Sequence record: MK521907.1 | Direction: 5' to 3' (one strand) | Source: Klebsiella phage vB_KpnS_FZ41 | DNA: 32,000 bases | Shown: piece by piece, positions 28,999 to 32,000 of the stretch | Layout of the letters: each line of letters opens with the position of its first letter | Numbering within the stretch: the stretch's first letter is position 1 | The notes under the pieces: model-generated | Database searches by the model: none | Told to the model about the DNA's origin: nothing | Seen by the model: the letters and a program-made list of their open reading frames with translations, nothing else | Position numbers and translations under genes: made by a program

Positions 28999-29264
28999 AC
29001 GAAAACTCTTTATTTTAGTTTTCAATTTAAAGCTATTTAAAGCGGCATTGTATATATACGCTGCCTTTAATAATTACGCTATTACGTCTATTTCACGCTA
29101 TAGATTCGTGTTAACTCACGATTGCCGTTCAAAGCATGATATAAGTTCCAGCACATAAGTTTAATTTGCGCACCATAACATAGCTTGCGCTGCATGGGAT
29201 ATACATCGGAAGTCTAACATAGGGGAAGCATCCCATTATTTACCGGGGTTAAACTTATTGGCTA

Positions 29265-29525
29265 TTAAGCGACAGCCAACCATTTATCATCTTTGCGAAT
29301 GACTTTCACCACGTCGCCGGAATCTACCCGGACGCTGTAAATCTTCGCGTCGCTGTTTTTTGCTTTTTCCGTTTCGGCGTAAACCGCATTAATTTTATCA
29401 AATGGGATCATCGCCGCCCCTTTGATATATCCGATTTTTTCATTTTCGCCCGGCTTACTTACGTCGCCAGTAACAAAAGGAATAAAAACGGAATCACCGA
29501 TCATTGGGGTTTTAACGTTTTGCAT
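29265..29525 (-). CDS. Hypothetical small pre-early protein (86 aa)
   Basis: ORF downstream of a strong promoter/boxA leader. Confidence 0.6.
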   Translation of the reverse strand: MQNVKTPMIGDSVFIPFVTGDVSKPGENEKIGYIKGAAMIPFDKINAVYAETEKAKNSDAKIYSVRVDSGDVVKVIRKDDKWLAVA

Positions 29526-29560
29526 GTTTCTTACTCCAGTTTAGTTTATTGGGTTATCCG

Positions 29561-29591
29561 GTTAACACTCTTTTACTGCTAGAGTGTTAAC
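29561..29591 (-). promoter_or_regulatory. Leader stem-loop (11-bp perfect arms)
   Basis: GTTAACACTCT - 9 nt - AGAGTGTTAAC. Confidence 0.8.
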
Positions 29592-29629
29592 AGAAAACTC
29601 AATTACCCTTACTGAGAGAATCGACTTTT

Positions 29630-29647
29630 CCAAATTTTTAAAGAGCG
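29630..29647 (-). promoter_or_regulatory. boxA-like antitermination element
   Basis: Minus strand CGCTCTTTAAAAATTTGG matches boxA core YGCTCTTTA. Confidence 0.55.
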
Positions 29648-29667
29648 GTGTTGCTTATTGAGATTCT

Positions 29668-29696
29668 ATAATAAAGCGTTATCGGCAGATTGTCAA
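29668..29696 (-). promoter_or_regulatory. Strong sigma70 promoter
   Basis: Minus strand TTGACA (29696-29691), 17-bp spacer, TATTAT (29673-29668). Confidence 0.8.
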
Positions 29697-29881
29697 ACGT
29701 TATTTTGTAAAGATTTTAGATAACGCATCATGTTATCCCAAATCATCGGTAAGCCTTGCTGACCTCCGCGCTGATAAGACCGATAACGGCGTTTCATATC
29801 GCGCTGCATTTTGACCAGTTCCGAGCTTGCCATTTTATTCAATTTTGCCGCCGGTTTAGATGATATTACAAAGCGTTTCAT
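29693..29881 (-). CDS. Hypothetical small basic protein (62 aa)
   Basis: ORF rich in Lys/Arg; stop overlaps the -35 of the following promoter. Confidence 0.5.
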   Translation of the reverse strand: MKRFVISSKPAAKLNKMASSELVKMQRDMKRRYRSYQRGGQQGLPMIWDNMMRYLKSLQNNV

Positions 29882-29896
29882 GTTGTCAACCTTTAA

Positions 29897-30055
29897 TTAG
29901 TGGAGTGTATGATTCCGTTTCTTTTCCATAAAGATGTTCCCATCTTTATGTTGGAAATAAACTTCTGTATCATATACCTCTAAATACTGCTTTATGAACT
30001 CTTCAACTTCTTCAACGGTCATAGCAGCCGCTACATTTCGATTGATTTTAATCAT
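29897..30055 (-). CDS. Hypothetical 52-aa protein, absent from the ORF track
   Basis: Hand translation MIKINRNVAAAMTVEEVEEFIKQYLEVYDTEVYFQHKDGNIFMEKKRNHTLH; in tandem with 29693..29881. Confidence 0.5.
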   Translation of the reverse strand: MIKINRNVAAAMTVEEVEEFIKQYLEVYDTEVYFQHKDGNIFMEKKRNHTLH

Positions 30056-30107
30056 GTTTTCGGTTTCCCTATAAAGTAAAGAAGCCGATAACGCTTTTTA
30101 TAGAATC

Positions 30108-30127
30108 CCAAATTGTTAAAGAGCAGT
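30108..30127 (-). promoter_or_regulatory. rrn-like boxA element
   Basis: Minus strand ACTGCTCTTTAACAATTTGG, nearly identical to the E. coli rrn leader TGCTCTTTAACAATTT. Confidence 0.65.
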
Positions 30128-30256
30128 GTAGGGCGGGGGCAGACTATACTTGTTTCGGCCTTTCCGTTCGGGGTAGTCGGGGCTATGTTACCGCCTCCTG
30201 ATACCTGACTACTAGTGAAACGCTTTCGTGTTTCCCGTTTCGTCTTGCCGCCCTAC
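30128..30256 (-). ncRNA. Candidate structured RNA or structured leader, ~129 nt
   Basis: Closing stem GTAGGGCGG/CCGCCCTAC plus AGAC/GTCT, internal stems GAAACG/CGTTTC and GTAGTC/GACTAC; upstream promoter places start at about 30257. Confidence 0.5.
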
Positions 30257-30263
30257 GAGATAA

Positions 30264-30291
30264 ATAATAACACAATGGCGTTTAGCCGCAA
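30264..30291 (-). promoter_or_regulatory. Promoter driving candidate structured RNA
   Basis: Minus strand TTGCGG (30291-30286), 16-bp spacer, TATTAT (30269-30264). Confidence 0.45.
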
Positions 30292-30317
30292 GCGGAGAAT
30301 TGTAAAGAAGCGTAAGT

Positions 30318-30659
30318 TTATTTAACCCGGTAGCTACCCTTATTTTTGTTATTTTCTGCTTGCGTCACTAGACGTAAGTTATCAATGAAATTATTACTAG
30401 GGTTACGATCAATATGATCGATAACTAGCGTCCTATCTATTTTATAATGAAACAATACCCACACTACCCGATGAACTAAATAACGTTTGTTATTAATAGC
30501 CACCGAATAATAACCATCATCGCGCTTTGTTCCCGCCACGCCATGAAACGCCTTACCCGGCCCGCTAACCTTCCAGCGTAAACAGCTTGGGCTTGTCTCG
30601 TCATAGTAGACGTTATCAATTACGTCATTCACATCTATATCTAATGTTTCAAAGTTCAT
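30318..30659 (-). CDS. HNH endonuclease, homing-type HNH_3 (113 aa)
   Basis: NNKRYLVHRVVWVLFHY...VIDHIDRNPSNNFIDNLRLVTQAENNKNK. Confidence 0.8.
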   Translation of the reverse strand: MNFETLDIDVNDVIDNVYYDETSPSCLRWKVSGPGKAFHGVAGTKRDDGYYSVAINNKRYLVHRVVWVLFHYKIDRTLVIDHIDRNPSNNFIDNLRLVTQAENNKNKGSYRVK

Positions 30660-30882
30660 TTATATCTCCCGTTATAGTTTCAAGTGTTACTATATTATAA
30701 CAAATAGTAGGGCAGCTAACCTAATAGGATTTTCCACGATAGATAGGAGGCGCGCACGTGACATAATATTTAAAGAAAGTCAACGAATATTTTTACTATT
30801 TTTCTTCAAAAGGGGTTGACAAAACCTATTTCACACGAGGTGAGGAGATCGCCATATACCCGGTATGATTCATCGGCTTTTA

Positions 30883-30920
30883 TCTAAAAGCGCTTAGAAT
30901 CGATTCTAGAGCGTTTTAGA
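30883..30920. repeat. 38-bp imperfect palindrome with 14-bp perfect core
   Basis: TCTAAAAGCGCTTAGAATCGATTCTAGAGCGTTTTAGA; core TAGAATCGATTCTA. Confidence 0.8.
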
Positions 30921-30965
30921 CCCTGTTAATAACTTATACAAAAAGCAAAAATGAAATTTAATTAG

Positions 30966-31133
30966 TTATCCACTAGACAAATGATTATTTTTATGAAAAC
31001 GCAAAATAATGCTTGCGTTTATTTTATGCTGCACTCCTGTTTTCCGGGCAAGTTATCCACAGCACGTTTTGACTTGACAAGCTGAGAAGCGGTATAACGA
31101 GATATCCCCAGACTTATCCACAGGTTATCCTAC
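30966..31133. promoter_or_regulatory. DnaA-box cluster
   Basis: TTATCCACT (30966-30974), TTATCCACA (31053-31061), TTATCCACA (31114-31122), TTATCCTAC (31125-31133), all same orientation. Confidence 0.7.
31069..31098 (+). promoter_or_regulatory. Plus-strand promoter candidate without an obvious ORF
   Basis: TTGACT (31069-31074), 18-bp spacer, TATAAC (31093-31098). Confidence 0.45.
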
Positions 31134-31150
31134 TGTATAAATATACAGTA
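31131..31150. promoter_or_regulatory. LexA/SOS box
   Basis: TACTGTATAAATATACAGTA, one mismatch to TACTGTATATATATACAGTA. Confidence 0.7.
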
Positions 31151-31267
31151 TATTCCGGCAGCGGTAATACTCTAATATGCCTCTAGAACGCTCTATAACG
31201 CATTCTAAGCGGTTTAAATTTAGAAGCCATATTAAAGGCCATTGCTAGAGGGGCGCAGAAAAATAAA

Positions 31268-31292
31268 AAGCCCGCTCATTATAAGCAGGCTT
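31268..31292 (-). terminator. Intrinsic terminator after 115-aa gene
   Basis: Minus strand AAGCCTGC - 9 nt - GCGGGCTT followed by TTTATTTTT. Confidence 0.75.
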
Positions 31293-31311
31293 ATTATTAG
31301 TTAGCTAATTA

Positions 31312-31659
31312 TTAGCGGAATACCGTTTCAATTGTTGACCCGCTAGAACATACCGACCCGCCACGATAAAACAGGCGTTCGGTTTTATATTTGGTTAGCA
31401 GATCATAGAGATCCAGATCATCGGAAAGCGGGTAAGACTCCCCCAGCGCGGAAACGGAAACAGGTTTACCCGCTACCAGATCACGGCAAATCAGAATCAG
31501 CAAAGGCCAGCTAATATTGATAGCATCGCCCCGCAATCCGATTTTGAGGGTAGCCACTTCATCAATATGCCGCGCATGCTGGCGGCTAACATATTGAATC
31601 ACAGATTCCATCGTTTTATAGTGGGCCAGAAAATATTTGTTGACATAGATGTAAATCAT
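31312..31659 (-). CDS. Hypothetical protein (115 aa)
   Basis: ORF, 4-nt overlap with upstream gene, terminator downstream. Confidence 0.55.
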   Translation of the reverse strand: MIYIYVNKYFLAHYKTMESVIQYVSRQHARHIDEVATLKIGLRGDAINISWPLLILICRDLVAGKPVSVSALGESYPLSDDLDLYDLLTKYKTERLFYRGGSVCSSGSTIETVFR

Positions 31660-31961
31660 AGGTATACGACCCCGCTAACCTTCCAACCGGATTTTAAACC
31701 TTCCTCAACATGAAGGATAGTTTCAGCATCCGGGATATAGATAAACGTCTTCAATTCGCGTAGATTAATGACTGCCTTTCCGTCAACTATCTGGATATAG
31801 CCCAAATAGATTGCCCGCTCTAGAACGGAATGGAGGGGCGAACCACCATTAACGAGGTTGCAGGAATGACCGGGCCAGTACATATAAAACGACCCCTCTA
31901 CCCCAGCATTCGCATATTTTTCGTCGCCGTCGTCTTCTTCCCAATCATCCTCGTTTAGCAT
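31656..31961 (-). CDS. Hypothetical acidic-N-terminus protein (101 aa)
   Basis: ORF, translationally coupled to the 31659 start. Confidence 0.55.
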   Translation of the reverse strand: MLNEDDWEEDDGDEKYANAGVEGSFYMYWPGHSCNLVNGGSPLHSVLERAIYLGYIQIVDGKAVINLRELKTFIYIPDAETILHVEEGLKSGWKVSGVVYL

Positions 31962-32000
31962 ACTTTCAGCATGTTCGCAAGCCTTTTCCCAGGAAAGGGA

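Noticed and set aside
30128-30256. tRNA or CRISPR repeat explanation of the structured element
   Set aside because: No cloverleaf with T-arm GTTCRA or 7-bp acceptor geometry, and no regularly spaced direct repeats
30816-30850. TTGACA at 30816-30821 as plus-strand promoter
   Set aside because: No acceptable -10 at 16-18 bp spacing (GGTGAG follows)

Overview
The window matches the late-gene to terminal-repeat junction of a T5-like siphophage (Demerecviridae-type), judged from protein content, sizes and gene order recalled from T5; no database search was possible. From about 1 to 21.8 kb the minus strand reads, in transcription order, small terminase, large terminase, HNH protein, portal, Ig-like decoration protein, prohead protease, major capsid protein, head completion, neck and tail terminator proteins, tail tube, tail chaperones, tape measure, Dit (pb9-like), baseplate hub (pb3-like), and a truncated hub/fibre protein with FN3 and collagen-like parts. 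A 658-aa protein of unknown function (21.8-23.7 kb) is followed by a three-gene plus-strand island ending in an HNH/AP2 endonuclease. From about 25.1 kb the minus strand resembles the T5 pre-early/terminal-repeat block: dmp-like deoxynucleotidase, A1-like metallophosphatase, A2-like protein, several small unknown genes and another HNH. The most interesting parts are noncoding: (i) a ~129-nt potentially multibranched RNA element whose base sits at a predicted transcription start and which is followed by an rrn-like boxA; (ii) a second leader with strong promoter, boxA and 11-bp stem-loop (nut-like order); (iii) a ~650-bp gene-free region with DnaA boxes, a LexA/SOS box one base off the ideal, and palindromes, resembling the T5 injection stop signal region; (iv) a G-quadruplex motif and a 14-bp perfect inverted repeat at the probable terminal-repeat edge.
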